Shown here one piece after another: positions 26,584 to 36,483 of a stretch of 64,000 nt of DNA. The notes under the pieces are model-generated. The model did no database searches and was not told the origin of the DNA. It worked only from the letters and a program-made list of their open reading frames with translations. A program made the position numbers and the translations under genes. Within the stretch, counting starts at the first letter, position 1, and every line of letters starts with the position of its first letter. The stretch lies in the NCBI GenBank assembly GCA_963714085.1, contig OY970229.1:960001-1024000 (forward strand), given 5' to 3'. Source of the stretch: an uncultured Candidatus Micrarchaeota archaeon. GTDB lineage: Archaea; Micrarchaeota; Micrarchaeia; Anstonellales; Bilamarchaeaceae.

Positions 26584-26682
26584 ACCACCTGTTCATCATG
26601 TCGTTTCGGGAGTCGTCTCCTGATAGGAAGAATAGCGCTTTTAATTTATCGTATTTTGCTATGGCGGATGACGAAGTAGGGG

Positions 26683-27507
26683 CTATCTCGAGAACCTCGG
26701 GACGTACTCCCTTATCACGCCGTTCAGCCTCTTGGCTTCCTTGAGCGCGGCATCTACCGGATTGCCCCCGGCTTTCTCGTATGCGTACGCGATGGACGAG
26801 CTCGCGCTTATGCGGTGGATGTGCGGATTGGGTTTGAGCGCCTCCATCACCATCTCCAGGTCGCCGCCCTGCGCGCCGATCCCTGGTATGAGGAACGGGA
26901 CTTCGGTCCCCACGCTTTTCGTGAGCTTCTTTATCGAGGCGCTCGTGGCGCCCACGACAAGGCCGCAGCCCCAGGCGACCGCCTTCTCCGCTACTATGTC
27001 ATAGAGGAACTTCCTGCCGCACCTCAGCTCCTGGAAATCCTTCGCCCCGGCATTCGACGTCCTGCAGAGCACGTAGGCGAGCTTCCCCTCGCGGACGAAG
27101 GGCCTCACCGAATCCTCGCCCATGTAAGGGCTCACGGTGAGCGCGTCCGCGCCCCAGAAATCGAACGCCTCGGCGGCGTAGGCGTCGCTGGACTTCCCGA
27201 TGTCGCCGCGCTTCCCATCCAGGATTATGGGTATCTTGTTCTTGTAGCGCTGCATTATGCCCTCGAGGACGTACAAGCCGTCGAACCCGTATCTCGCGAA
27301 ATACGCGTAATTCGGCTTTATGGCGGATATCTCGTTCTCCTCCAGCAGCCTATCCGTGATGTCATGGAAAAAAGGCTCTATGCGCTCCTCGATCGCGCCG
27401 GTCGCGGAGCCGACGTTCACCTTCTCGAGGACCGGGTCTATGCCGAAGCACAGTATGGTGTTGCGCTCCTCCGCGCTTCTCCTGAGGTACTCGGGCATGC
27501 TCGCCAT
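26683..27507 (-). CDS. pyrF: Orotidine-5'-phosphate decarboxylase
   Basis: GIDP, KPN, DGKRGDIG, RTSN, VGAT, PGIGAQGG. Confidence 0.95.
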   Translation of the reverse strand: MASMPEYLRRSAEERNTILCFGIDPVLEKVNVGSATGAIEERIEPFFHDITDRLLEENEISAIKPNYAYFARYGFDGLYVLEGIMQRYKNKIPIILDGKRGDIGKSSDAYAAEAFDFWGADALTVSPYMGEDSVRPFVREGKLAYVLCRTSNAGAKDFQELRCGRKFLYDIVAEKAVAWGCGLVVGATSASIKKLTKSVGTEVPFLIPGIGAQGGDLEMVMEALKPNPHIHRISASSSIAYAYEKAGGNPVDAALKEAKRLNGVIREYVPRFSR

Positions 27508-27596
27508 GGTTGAATAAGAAAGTGGAACGGGTTAAAAAACAAGACGCCTGCCCAGATTGCGGCAACCCAAGGCCCGTCCGCCAACCCTTCCCCTGG

Positions 27597-28385
27597 CTAA
27601 TACCCTCCAGGATAATCGGATTCCGAGACGCAGACGAGGGTCAATGTGCCTTTTTTCACGGTCCCGTAGCACGGGTCCCCCCCGCAATTAGCGTTGTTGA
27701 AAGCAACGGCGCAGCTGTTGGCCCCGAGTGTGCACTGCCCGCATTCAACCCCTGCCGACGAGGGGCAATTCGTTCCGTAGGTCGAGGTATAGTCCGAAAT
27801 GACGTACCCGTTCTCGCACGATACGCCCGCAGTGTTCCCTTCGTTTACCGTGGAAGAAACGGTGTTGTTCGCTATCGGGGCCACTAGGTCGTCCGGCAGC
27901 GTCACCCAGGAATCCTGCGTCAATGCGCTTCCCCCGCCATCAGGCACGAAGCGCATGTTCGCCGTGCCGCTGGTGGAGGAGTAGTTGGATCTGTTCACAG
28001 CGCTGTACGGTATGTCCCAGTAGTAAGCGTAGGAAGTCGAGTTGAAGAACCCGTAGCTGGAGGTGGTCGCGTTGTAGTCCGCCGCCGCGACGTGGAACGT
28101 CGATTTGTACAGTTGCACGTTGCCGCTGTCCAGTATGGAGACCGTCACGGTTCCCGGCGCGGCCATGTCCTTGCCGTACTGGTCCTGGACGTCGAACTCC
28201 CCGGTGAAGTACTTCTGGCTCGCGTCCCAGCTGCTCGCCACGTCAAACACGTATATCTGCGAGGCCTTGCCCTCTGGCTTCGTGATGGTGGCGTTGATCG
28301 GCTTGGCCACGACCTTCCAGTCGGAGATGCAGCCGCAGAGCAGGATGAACGCCAGGGCGAAAGCCGCTATCAAGGGCTTGTTCAT
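27597..28385 (-). CDS. Secreted lipoprotein-like protein, Ser/Thr/Cys-rich
   Basis: LLCGC signal; many NxS/T sequons. Confidence 0.7.
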   Translation of the reverse strand: MNKPLIAAFALAFILLCGCISDWKVVAKPINATITKPEGKASQIYVFDVASSWDASQKYFTGEFDVQDQYGKDMAAPGTVTVSILDSGNVQLYKSTFHVAAADYNATTSSYGFFNSTSYAYYWDIPYSAVNRSNYSSTSGTANMRFVPDGGGSALTQDSWVTLPDDLVAPIANNTVSSTVNEGNTAGVSCENGYVISDYTSTYGTNCPSSAGVECGQCTLGANSCAVAFNNANCGGDPCYGTVKKGTLTLVCVSESDYPGGY

Positions 28386-29122
28386 TTTCTCACCAACATC
28401 ATGGCTGCGAACGCCAACACCGCAAGAACGACCAGCACGACCACCCCGAGCGCGGCCACGACGAACCAGTTTATGTCCTGGGACTCCACCACGATCGGCG
28501 TTCCGTTGTTCATCATCTGCAGGACATCGAAGTCCGCTTCTGTCGAGTTGAAAGTTTTCGCGCCTGCGGCCGAGGTTATGCTGCCCGGCATCGAGATGTC
28601 GTATTCGTATTCCACCCCGGCGGCCTTCAGTATGGAAGACGAAGCCTTGCTGCTGGGCGCAGTTATGCTAACGCTGCTGTAATCGCTGTACGGGCCCAGG
28701 GAAGCTGCCGAGCTTCCGAGAGCCGAAGTGTCTATCCGCGGGAGAGAGTCCACAGTGAGCCTGTACTCGGTCATGACTATGTCATCCTTTGTCTCGAAAG
28801 TGTAGAATGCATCCGAAGGCCCATAGGTCCTCTTGAGCGTTATCACGCCCCCGTTGCTCGCGGTGCAGTTCACATTCGGATTCTGCAAGGTGATGTTCGC
28901 GCAAAGGAGCCCCATCTCCGTGTCGATGTCCGACTCGTTGTAAGAGCTCCCATAGGACGACGCAAGGGCCATGAGGCTGCTCATGTCCAGCTTCTGCGTC
29001 ACGACTGCGCTCCCGTTGGCCAGCTGCGCGTGCGTGTCTGTGATCGTCACGCAGCCTGAGAGAACAAGTGCGGAAAAAAGCGCAAAAAGCAGAAAAATCC
29101 GGTTAACGTCATTCCCCCCCAT
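28382..29122 (-). CDS. Lipoprotein with C-terminal TM anchor
   Basis: LVLSGC signal; hydrophobic C-terminus followed by RK. Confidence 0.7.
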   Translation of the reverse strand: MGGNDVNRIFLLFALFSALVLSGCVTITDTHAQLANGSAVVTQKLDMSSLMALASSYGSSYNESDIDTEMGLLCANITLQNPNVNCTASNGGVITLKRTYGPSDAFYTFETKDDIVMTEYRLTVDSLPRIDTSALGSSAASLGPYSDYSSVSITAPSSKASSSILKAAGVEYEYDISMPGSITSAAGAKTFNSTEADFDVLQMMNNGTPIVVESQDINWFVVAALGVVVLVVLAVLAFAAMMLVRK

Positions 29123-29183
29123 GAAGTGTGTTCTGGCAACAGCGTTTTAAAAAAGCTCCTTCCTTATTCCAAATCGTGGTCTT

Positions 29184-30767
29184 ATGCGCCAACCGACGCT
29201 ATTGCTCCTTCTCTGCCTCATGGTTTTTTTCGCAGCCGGCTGCCTGATGAAGCCACTCTCCGGAGGGACCGGCACTAACGCGAGCCCAGCGCCAAAGTCA
29301 GGCTGCGCGTACCAGAATCCTCCGTGCAGCCAGGGCTACGCATGCGTGAACAACACCTGTGCCGCAATTCCGGCCAACGCCTCCCCCGCGGTTCCGGCTC
29401 CAGCCAACGTCTCACCGCAGTCCGGCTGCGCCTATGATAATCCGGCCTGCGGTTCAGATTACGACTGCGTGAACAATTCCTGCGTGGAGAAGACGATATG
29501 CGGCAAATTCGGCTGCCAGGCCGGAGAGAACTATAGCAATTGCTGCACAGACTGCGGTTGCCCGGTAGGGTACACCTGCGGTACTGACAACGCATGCTCG
29601 CTGAGCGTGGGGCAGATAGTCGTAGAGAACGTGTCCGTGGTCCCGCTTTCGCCCGTGGTGCTGTACGCCGTGCCGCACAAGACCATAGAGAAGGGCGTGG
29701 GCCCGGTGATCCGGGTCACCCTGGAAAACAGCGGCAACGCCCCCATATCCGACCTGATCATCAAGCCCGAGGTCCAGGACTACACCGGGATAGACATATA
29801 CGATGTCGGAGCCATCGCGCCAGGGGCCTCGCTCGTGTTCAACTACACCCCGGCATTCGCCGAGAATCCATTGGCCGCTGTCGGCAACTCCACGGCAAGG
29901 CTCGAGCTCGGCCTGCAGTATTCCTCCCAAGGCGCGAACGGCACAGGCTCGTTCGCGGCTGAAATAGCCCTGCAGCCGGTGAATTATTTCGACTGGAGGG
30001 TCCCGGAGGCCGCCGCCGCATGGGCGGATTCAGACGACCCGAGCGTGAGCGGCCTGGCGCTCGACGCGACCCTCGGCGTCCAGCCTAAGACGGACGCCGA
30101 CACGGAGCGCGAGGCGCGGCAGATATTCGGAGACCTCCAGGCGCGCACAATCCAGGTCCGGGGCGGCCAGGGCGCGTGCTATTCGGACACGCTCGCCTTC
30201 CCTGCGGACGTGCTCAAGGCGCGCTCCGGGGACTGCGCCGGGCTGTCGGTGCTTTTCGCGGCCTCCCTAGAGGCGGCGGGGATCAGGAGCGCGGTGATAA
30301 AGACGCCGGACGCTGTGCTCGCCGCTTATGCAGATCCGGAAGGCTCGCTGGTACCTATAGACATGAGGGACCTCGTGGGCTCGAATTTCTCCGGTGCGCT
30401 GGCGGACGGGGCCTCGGAGTTCTCGAACTCGTCCTCTGACGCAGTGGTCGTCTATCCAGAGGACCAGTGGGGCCTTGGCGTGAAGAAGGTGATGCCCGGG
30501 ACCCAGGCGCCCTCGTCCATAATAACCACCACGGCGCAGACCTGCCGGCTGCTTCCAGGCACGCTCACGGTCAACTATTGGTTCGTCAACAACGGCTACG
30601 ACTCAGGAAGGCGTTGCGTGAATGCGACGGTCTACCAGGGCACCGATATCTATACATCCAAGCTGTCCTGCGTGGACGTGTACGTGAACGACAAGAAGAA
30701 CGTGACCTTCGACATAACCGGGCTGCCCACGAACACGAGCCTCGATGCGAATTGCTCGCTGGACTAG
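29184..30767 (+). CDS. Secreted Cys-rich protein with Ig-like and transglutaminase-like domains
   Basis: AAGC signal, SGCAY.NP.C repeats, GEN..NC..DC, GDC..LSVLFAASLEAAG. Confidence 0.7.
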   Translation: MRQPTLLLLLCLMVFFAAGCLMKPLSGGTGTNASPAPKSGCAYQNPPCSQGYACVNNTCAAIPANASPAVPAPANVSPQSGCAYDNPACGSDYDCVNNSCVEKTICGKFGCQAGENYSNCCTDCGCPVGYTCGTDNACSLSVGQIVVENVSVVPLSPVVLYAVPHKTIEKGVGPVIRVTLENSGNAPISDLIIKPEVQDYTGIDIYDVGAIAPGASLVFNYTPAFAENPLAAVGNSTARLELGLQYSSQGANGTGSFAAEIALQPVNYFDWRVPEAAAAWADSDDPSVSGLALDATLGVQPKTDADTEREARQIFGDLQARTIQVRGGQGACYSDTLAFPADVLKARSGDCAGLSVLFAASLEAAGIRSAVIKTPDAVLAAYADPEGSLVPIDMRDLVGSNFSGALADGASEFSNSSSDAVVVYPEDQWGLGVKKVMPGTQAPSSIITTTAQTCRLLPGTLTVNYWFVNNGYDSGRRCVNATVYQGTDIYTSKLSCVDVYVNDKKNVTFDITGLPTNTSLDANCSLD

Positions 30768-32353
30768 CGCCTTTTCGAGTCGAGCAGCCGCTCTATTTCC
30801 AAAGGAGTGCCAAGCATCCTTAGGATTTCTGGGCGGCCTGTTGCCAGCGTCACCGCAGTTTCACCATGCTTGCCTTTGATCGCCGGGTCTGCGTCCAGGG
30901 AACTCAGAAAGAACACCATGAGAGTGTTTCCGGCCGAAGCCGCGAACATGAGCGGCGTCCATCCTACATCAGCGCCGGGTTTGTTGATATCAGCTCTCCA
31001 ATCCTTCAGCAGCTTCACCATGGACCTGCCCACCGTTGACTTATCCGCCATGGTTTGATTATCCATGATCACCGCGCGTATCATCGGGGTCCAAAGGCCC
31101 TTGTCCTCGGCATTCGGATTCGCGCCCTTGCCAAGGGCATCTTCAGCTCTTTCATGGTCCATCGCGTCTATCGCGGCGAACAGTTCCTTATCCAGCGCCA
31201 GCTGCGTTGGGTCCGGCGGATCTTCGACATCGAAGACCTCACCGATAAGAATCTCCTCCACCGAATCCTCTACCACTCCATGTGCGGGGCCTCCAGCCGT
31301 ATCCCCATGTGCTTCCACTGGATCCTCTGCCGTGTCGCGCACAGGGTCTCTTCCCGTAACCCGAGAATCAGCTACTTCATCCGGCAGGCCCGCTGGCTCT
31401 TCATGTGCTTCCACTGGATCCTTTGCCGTGTCGCGCACACTTTCCGTAACACATGCTCCGCCCGGGGGGAAAACCATGTCGGGTGGCCCATCCACAAGGT
31501 TCGGTATCCGCACAGAGGCGTCTACAAACGCATCTTCAAGCGCATCTACAAGCGCATCGAACCCGGTGGACCCCGGCCCAGCACCTTCGTCCCGGGTCGT
31601 TAATCGTGGCTCTCCCGCATCTATCGGCGTACCATAAGGCGGGGTATTCCCAGAATTACCGACATCTATCACGCCGCTTCTTTCGAAGGTCCCATTCCCT
31701 TCACGCGCTTCGCCAGAGAGCAATCTCCTCAATCCAGCCTCGTCCAGGTCGATTAGGCTGCTGGCGACCACGACCATCATCATCTTGTCCGGCTCAGCGG
31801 GGCTGTTGTGCGTCCTGATGAAGTCGGTAACCGCCCACTTCATGCTCGGGCATTGCGCGAGGCGTTCTTTTATGAGCCGCCTGGTCTCGCCGTCGGCTTC
31901 TCGCGCCATCTCCACCAGTTCCGCCACCACGCCCTTTGACGCGGCATGCCTGAGCGGATGCTCGCTCAACACGTCGTCCTCCATCAGCATATTGGTTATC
32001 CCGGCCATCTTTCCTACCGCGTCGACGAGCGTTTTCCCGCGCCCGCCTTCATCCACCTTCCTGATGGCTTCGAATACCGTCCTGACAGCACCGCCCACGG
32101 CCTGTTCCGTGAAGTCGGCCGTCCCAAGCGTGCGTTCGAATCCGTCTATGGCCGCGCCGACCTCTTCTTCCGGGGCCCTTGCCTTTTCCACCGCGGGCGC
32201 AGGCAGCTCGTGCCCTGATGCCCTGAGCGCCTGCCTGTCCAGCGCCCGGGCCGTCACATTGAAGCCCCTGCTACTCCCGTATCCTCGGAGTATCCTGCCG
32301 AGGGTTATGGTTCTGTGTAGTTTGTTGGTAGTTGGTTCCTGCATGACGATCAC
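30764..32353 (-). CDS. Acidic protein with C-terminal ankyrin repeats
   Basis: GANPNAED..WTPM, ADINK..GWTPLMFAASAGN, GETA. Confidence 0.8.
   Translation of the reverse strand: MIVMQEPTTNKLHRTITLGRILRGYGSSRGFNVTARALDRQALRASGHELPAPAVEKARAPEEEVGAAIDGFERTLGTADFTEQAVGGAVRTVFEAIRKVDEGGRGKTLVDAVGKMAGITNMLMEDDVLSEHPLRHAASKGVVAELVEMAREADGETRRLIKERLAQCPSMKWAVTDFIRTHNSPAEPDKMMMVVVASSLIDLDEAGLRRLLSGEAREGNGTFERSGVIDVGNSGNTPPYGTPIDAGEPRLTTRDEGAGPGSTGFDALVDALEDAFVDASVRIPNLVDGPPDMVFPPGGACVTESVRDTAKDPVEAHEEPAGLPDEVADSRVTGRDPVRDTAEDPVEAHGDTAGGPAHGVVEDSVEEILIGEVFDVEDPPDPTQLALDKELFAAIDAMDHERAEDALGKGANPNAEDKGLWTPMIRAVIMDNQTMADKSTVGRSMVKLLKDWRADINKPGADVGWTPLMFAASAGNTLMVFFLSSLDADPAIKGKHGETAVTLATGRPEILRMLGTPLEIERLLDSKRR
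31306..31438. repeat. Intragenic ~37 bp direct repeat, 96 bp apart
   Basis: CATGTGCTTCCACTGGATCCT(C/T)TGCCGTGTCGCGCAC twice; encodes VRDTA(K/E)DPVEAH. Confidence 0.85.
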
Positions 32354-32434
32354 TGGTCTTTTCCCATTCTATGTGTTCAAATATGTCCGAAAAGGTTTAA
32401 AAATACGTGTGCCGGCCTGGAAGCAGCTGAAATC

Positions 32435-32542
32435 TGGGGTCACGGAGATTTGAACTCCGATATGCAGGTGTCGGCCTCATTGTGCCTTCGTAAGAAGGCG
32501 GGATCTGGAGCCTGCCGTACTACCTAGTTATACTATGACCCC
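32435..32542 (-). tRNA. tRNA-Trp(CCA) with ~35-nt intron (32470-32504)
   Basis: GGGGTCA/TGACCCC acceptor, GCAGG-CT-CCA-G...A-CCTGC anticodon arm, CGGAG-TTCAAAT-CTCCG T arm. Confidence 0.92.
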
Positions 32543-32608
32543 CTGAGAAGTGGGCGCTCTCTTGATATTACCATATCAATAAAAAGCATTCCTGCCAGAA
32601 GCCCTCCT

Positions 32609-33388
32609 ATGAAAAACACGATATTGGCAGTGGTCCTGCTCTCGATAGCCCTGCTGACCGCCGGGTGCACCGGCCAGCCGCAGCCGCAGCAGAACGCCAC
32701 GCTGACTGCGCAGTACGGCGACATGGTCTCTGTGGATTACACGCTCCGCGTGGACGGCGCGGTCGCGGACACGTCGCTCGCGGACGTCGCGAGGCAGGCG
32801 GGCGTATATGACGCTTCGAGGACGTACCAGCCCATATCGTTCAGGATGGTGCTCGGCGGCCAGATGATAGACGGGTTCGTGAAGGGCATCGTCGGCATGC
32901 ACCAGGGGGAGACCAGGAACTTCACCGTCAGCGCCGCGGACGCCTACGGTTTGGTGGACCCGAGCAAGATAACGAACCAGTCGCGCTATTACAACATGTC
33001 CGTGTACGAGGACGTGCCCATGGATTATTTCGTATCGCAGAACGTCACCCCGGCGGTGGGCTCCGTGTTCCCCTCTGTCGTGGGCTACGTCTCGGTGGAG
33101 AACGTCACCAACACCACGGTCCGGATCAAATACCTGCTCAGCCCAGGGCAGCAGTTCGCCATGGATGGCCTGCCACAGACCGTGGTGAATGTCACCAACG
33201 ACACCCTGCTCATCCGCTTCGACGTGGTGCAGGGCGGCACCTACAACGTGACCGACCAGAGCACCGGGGCGGCAGTCCCAGCAAGGGCGGTCTACGTTGA
33301 CAACCAGACCATGGTCATAGACGAGAACAGCCCGCTCGCCGGCAAGGACCTCGATTTCGAGGTCACGGTGAGGTCCATAACGCAATAG
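32609..33388 (+). CDS. FKBP-type (SlyD-like) peptidyl-prolyl isomerase with lipoprotein signal
   Basis: LTAGC, GDMVSVDYT, DTS, MIDGF, AYG, N.PLAGKDL.FEV. Confidence 0.88.
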   Translation: MKNTILAVVLLSIALLTAGCTGQPQPQQNATLTAQYGDMVSVDYTLRVDGAVADTSLADVARQAGVYDASRTYQPISFRMVLGGQMIDGFVKGIVGMHQGETRNFTVSAADAYGLVDPSKITNQSRYYNMSVYEDVPMDYFVSQNVTPAVGSVFPSVVGYVSVENVTNTTVRIKYLLSPGQQFAMDGLPQTVVNVTNDTLLIRFDVVQGGTYNVTDQSTGAAVPARAVYVDNQTMVIDENSPLAGKDLDFEVTVRSITQ

Positions 33389-33509
33389 CGCCCCGGACTC
33401 CCGCCTACGACGTTGCAACCATTGCCTAGCCCCGGCCCCTTAACGGTGAATAAGACAAAAAAAACCATAAAACACAACCTTTATAAATGTTCGATGCGTA
33501 ATACATCAT

Positions 33510-35621
33510 ATGACCGATACTACCACAGCAGTCCAGGTCGTCGCGAGAGTAACAACCCCCACCCCGCAAATCGCCACTAGCACGAGACGGAGCTTTTGGG
33601 CCAAGGCGTTTGACCCGTGGCAGCGCAAGGAAATAAACCGGGCCATCCGCGGGGTTCGCGAGGGCGATGATGACGCTGTTGAAAAGTTCGTCAGCCTGTA
33701 CGCGTCGCTGCGCATGAAACCGAAGCGCCAAGCCACGGTGCTCGATAAGCTGGCATGGGAATTCAAGAGCCAAGCCACGACGCTCGATAAGCTGGCATGG
33801 GAAGCCAAGAGCCAGACCAGCGAAGTGCCCATCGACCAGGAAGCCGCGCTCCCAGCAGATAATCTGGTGTATGCTTTCAGGCAGCTCGTCCGGAGCCGCG
33901 CCCTCGAGATCAAGGACAAGGCCACTGACTGGACGGTGCAGGAAACGGGCATCGCTGACGCAGTACAGAGAATGCAGGACCAGATAAGCGCCATCGTGAG
34001 GGACGAGACGGAGGCTGGCACATATCAGGAATACCCGGAGCTGCGGCTCTCATGCGCCAAGGCGGAATTGGCACTGCTCAAGGACAAAGAAGCGCGCGAG
34101 GACAGGCTATCACGTTTCGTGAGGGATGACCAGCTGCAGGGCTGGGCGCTGGAAATCGCCACGAGGAGCATGTACAGGAGTGTCATCGAGCACGCCTGCC
34201 ACATCGAAAACCTCGTGCCGAGTGTCATCGGAAACGGCTACAGCAGGACGGTCATGGCGGACATGATCACAGCCGCAACGAACGGCGAGCGGGAGGCGCT
34301 GCTCGGATCCATATCTTCAATCTCCGACGCGTCCAAGCCTGGCGGGTCCGGAGTCATGCCGCTGCTCGCAGCGCTGGTGGGTAACCCGGACACGGTTTTC
34401 GACGTGCTCGCCTGCGCTTCTCGCTGCAAGGCGGTCAGTCTGGACGACGAGGTGACACTCACATCGAAGCTGCTGGAGAAAGGCCATAAGGGCGAGAGGA
34501 CCCTGAAAAAGGCGCTCCACAAGCCAGAAACCGTGGTCATAGCCATCCGCTCCCTGGTCGGCTCGGAGAGGGGAAGGCAGCTGGTTATGCGTGCTGTGGA
34601 AGAGGCCGGCAAAGAGCGTGCAAGGACCATGTACTATAGAACATCCGATCCTGCCAGGGAACCCGTTTTCGAGATGGACGACCTGGACGAAAGATCCGCG
34701 AAAAAGCGCATGGCAATGCACCTCAGCGCAAAGGAGAGCACGATGCTGGAAATCCTCGCGGGGCTCGGAGAAGAGAAGATTGTACACGTCCTCGCGGAAT
34801 GGAGTAGCAAGCCCGAGACCAGGGGGTACTTCCTCAGGCTGGCCGCGATGCTCGATGTCCGGTCCGTGATCCTCCATAATTCCGTGTACGGATACACCCA
34901 AGCCGACGAAGCCGACGGGCCGAAAGGAATGAGCAAGTACGAAATGAAGCGCGAGAGAAGGGCGGCAAGGAGATCCATGATCAAAATGATGGAGGCCGAG
35001 GCAGAGCGCAGGATGGTCCCGCTCAGGGACGCGATGCAAAGGATGTTAGATGCAACTTCGAAGATTGTGGAGGCGGATCCTAAAAAAGACGAGATATACA
35101 TGGGAGCCTACGCTGAGATAGACGGCGTGAGAGCGCAGATCAAGGCCGGGTTCAGGTACGGAAAGGCACCTCCTCCGGAGCCTGAGAGGCGGACCGCGAC
35201 CGAAGAGCCCATCCTCACGAGCGCGCAGAGGCAGGCGAAGATCGCCGCTCTCAGGGCGTCTCTGGACGCGAAGCAAGCCGCGAAAGAAAGAGAGGCCGAT
35301 TCCGAAACAGCGGGCGGTTTCGATTCCACGGCTTTCATAGCGAAGGAGTTTAGGGCTGCAGTCGCGAAGCCTGCCGTGTCCGAGGTGACAGAGGCGAACA
35401 CGAGGATCGTCGCTCTCAAGAAGGCGATGGGTGCGCTGTTTTCGAGCTTTTCGCAACAGCTGCGCCTGAAGCAGCGGGCTGTGGGACTAGAAACTGCCTT
35501 CGGAGCCAGAGAGGGCGACGTTGAGCTGCGCGGCATTGCGGAAGTGGAATTCACCAGCGACTCCTTCGTCGACCCCACGATCGCCAGTCCCACCGGGCAA
35601 AGCACGAGCACGCAGGGCTAG
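33510..35621 (+). CDS. Large helical hypothetical protein
   Basis: 703 aa ORF; TTTATAAA ~25 nt upstream. Confidence 0.75.
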   Translation: MTDTTTAVQVVARVTTPTPQIATSTRRSFWAKAFDPWQRKEINRAIRGVREGDDDAVEKFVSLYASLRMKPKRQATVLDKLAWEFKSQATTLDKLAWEAKSQTSEVPIDQEAALPADNLVYAFRQLVRSRALEIKDKATDWTVQETGIADAVQRMQDQISAIVRDETEAGTYQEYPELRLSCAKAELALLKDKEAREDRLSRFVRDDQLQGWALEIATRSMYRSVIEHACHIENLVPSVIGNGYSRTVMADMITAATNGEREALLGSISSISDASKPGGSGVMPLLAALVGNPDTVFDVLACASRCKAVSLDDEVTLTSKLLEKGHKGERTLKKALHKPETVVIAIRSLVGSERGRQLVMRAVEEAGKERARTMYYRTSDPAREPVFEMDDLDERSAKKRMAMHLSAKESTMLEILAGLGEEKIVHVLAEWSSKPETRGYFLRLAAMLDVRSVILHNSVYGYTQADEADGPKGMSKYEMKRERRAARRSMIKMMEAEAERRMVPLRDAMQRMLDATSKIVEADPKKDEIYMGAYAEIDGVRAQIKAGFRYGKAPPPEPERRTATEEPILTSAQRQAKIAALRASLDAKQAAKEREADSETAGGFDSTAFIAKEFRAAVAKPAVSEVTEANTRIVALKKAMGALFSSFSQQLRLKQRAVGLETAFGAREGDVELRGIAEVEFTSDSFVDPTIASPTGQSTSTQG
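33723..33815 (+). repeat. Intragenic 42-bp tandem duplication
   Basis: K(R/S)QAT(V/T)LDKLAWE(F/A) twice. Confidence 0.85.
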
Positions 35622-35732
35622 CGCGCCCGACGGGATGGGAAATCAGGGTTCCGGGTCAGCTCCCTTCTTCAAAACGTATATAAACATTCCGCCATAGTAT
35701 AATCTGTGACGTATTCTCCCGAGGTAAGTTTT

Positions 35733-36362
35733 ATGGACAGCGAATCCAATAGGGAAACTGTGAAGAAAACAGGCACGACGACGATCGGCCTTGTCTGCAA
35801 GGATGGCATAGTGATGGCGTCGGACCGGCGCGCGACCATGGGATATTTCATAGCCTCCAAGGACATCGACAAGATATACGCGATAAACGACCATATCGCC
35901 ATGACCATCGCGGGCGGCGTGGGCGATGCCCAGATGCTGGTGCGCTGGATGAAGGCGGAGTCGAAGCTCTACGAGCTCAAGCAGGAGAAGAAGATAAGCG
36001 TGGAGGCTGCGGCGACGCTGCTTGCCAACATACTCGCCCAGTACAAGTTCTTTCCGTTCTACGTCCAGCTCCTCCTCGGAGGCATGGACGAGAAGCCGCG
36101 GATGTTCAGCGTGGACATGCTGGGCGGCATCACGGAGGAGAAGATGACCTCGACCGGCAGCGGCTCCCCGATAGCCTACGGTGTGCTGGAGGAGCTGTTC
36201 CAGGAGGACAAGCCCGTGGAGGCAAACCTGCCCATAGCGGCCAAGGCCGTGCGCGCGGCGATGAGGCGCGATGCGGGATCCGGCGAGAACATCGACCTGA
36301 CCTATATCACGAGGCAGGGATTCAAGAGGATGGACCGCGAAGATGTGAAGAAGCTGCTCTGA
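35733..36362 (+). CDS. psmB: Proteasome beta subunit
   Basis: Propeptide KKTG|TTTIG, GSGSP.AYGVLE, RDAGSG. Confidence 0.96.
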   Translation: MDSESNRETVKKTGTTTIGLVCKDGIVMASDRRATMGYFIASKDIDKIYAINDHIAMTIAGGVGDAQMLVRWMKAESKLYELKQEKKISVEAAATLLANILAQYKFFPFYVQLLLGGMDEKPRMFSVDMLGGITEEKMTSTGSGSPIAYGVLEELFQEDKPVEANLPIAAKAVRAAMRRDAGSGENIDLTYITRQGFKRMDREDVKKLL

Positions 36363-36483
36363 AGGGGCGTTCGAAGTCGCGATTTAACGGTTCTTTTTCC
36401 TTTCCATACGTTTCTTTTCATGCTCAAGACCCGGGCATAAATCCCGGAACCGAGAAAACCGATAACAACAAGGGGGTGTTGCA

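Noticed and set aside
26593..26609. CCGA...ATGATGA K-loop-like motif in the korA leader
   Set aside because: Isolated short motif with no supporting stem; could be chance.
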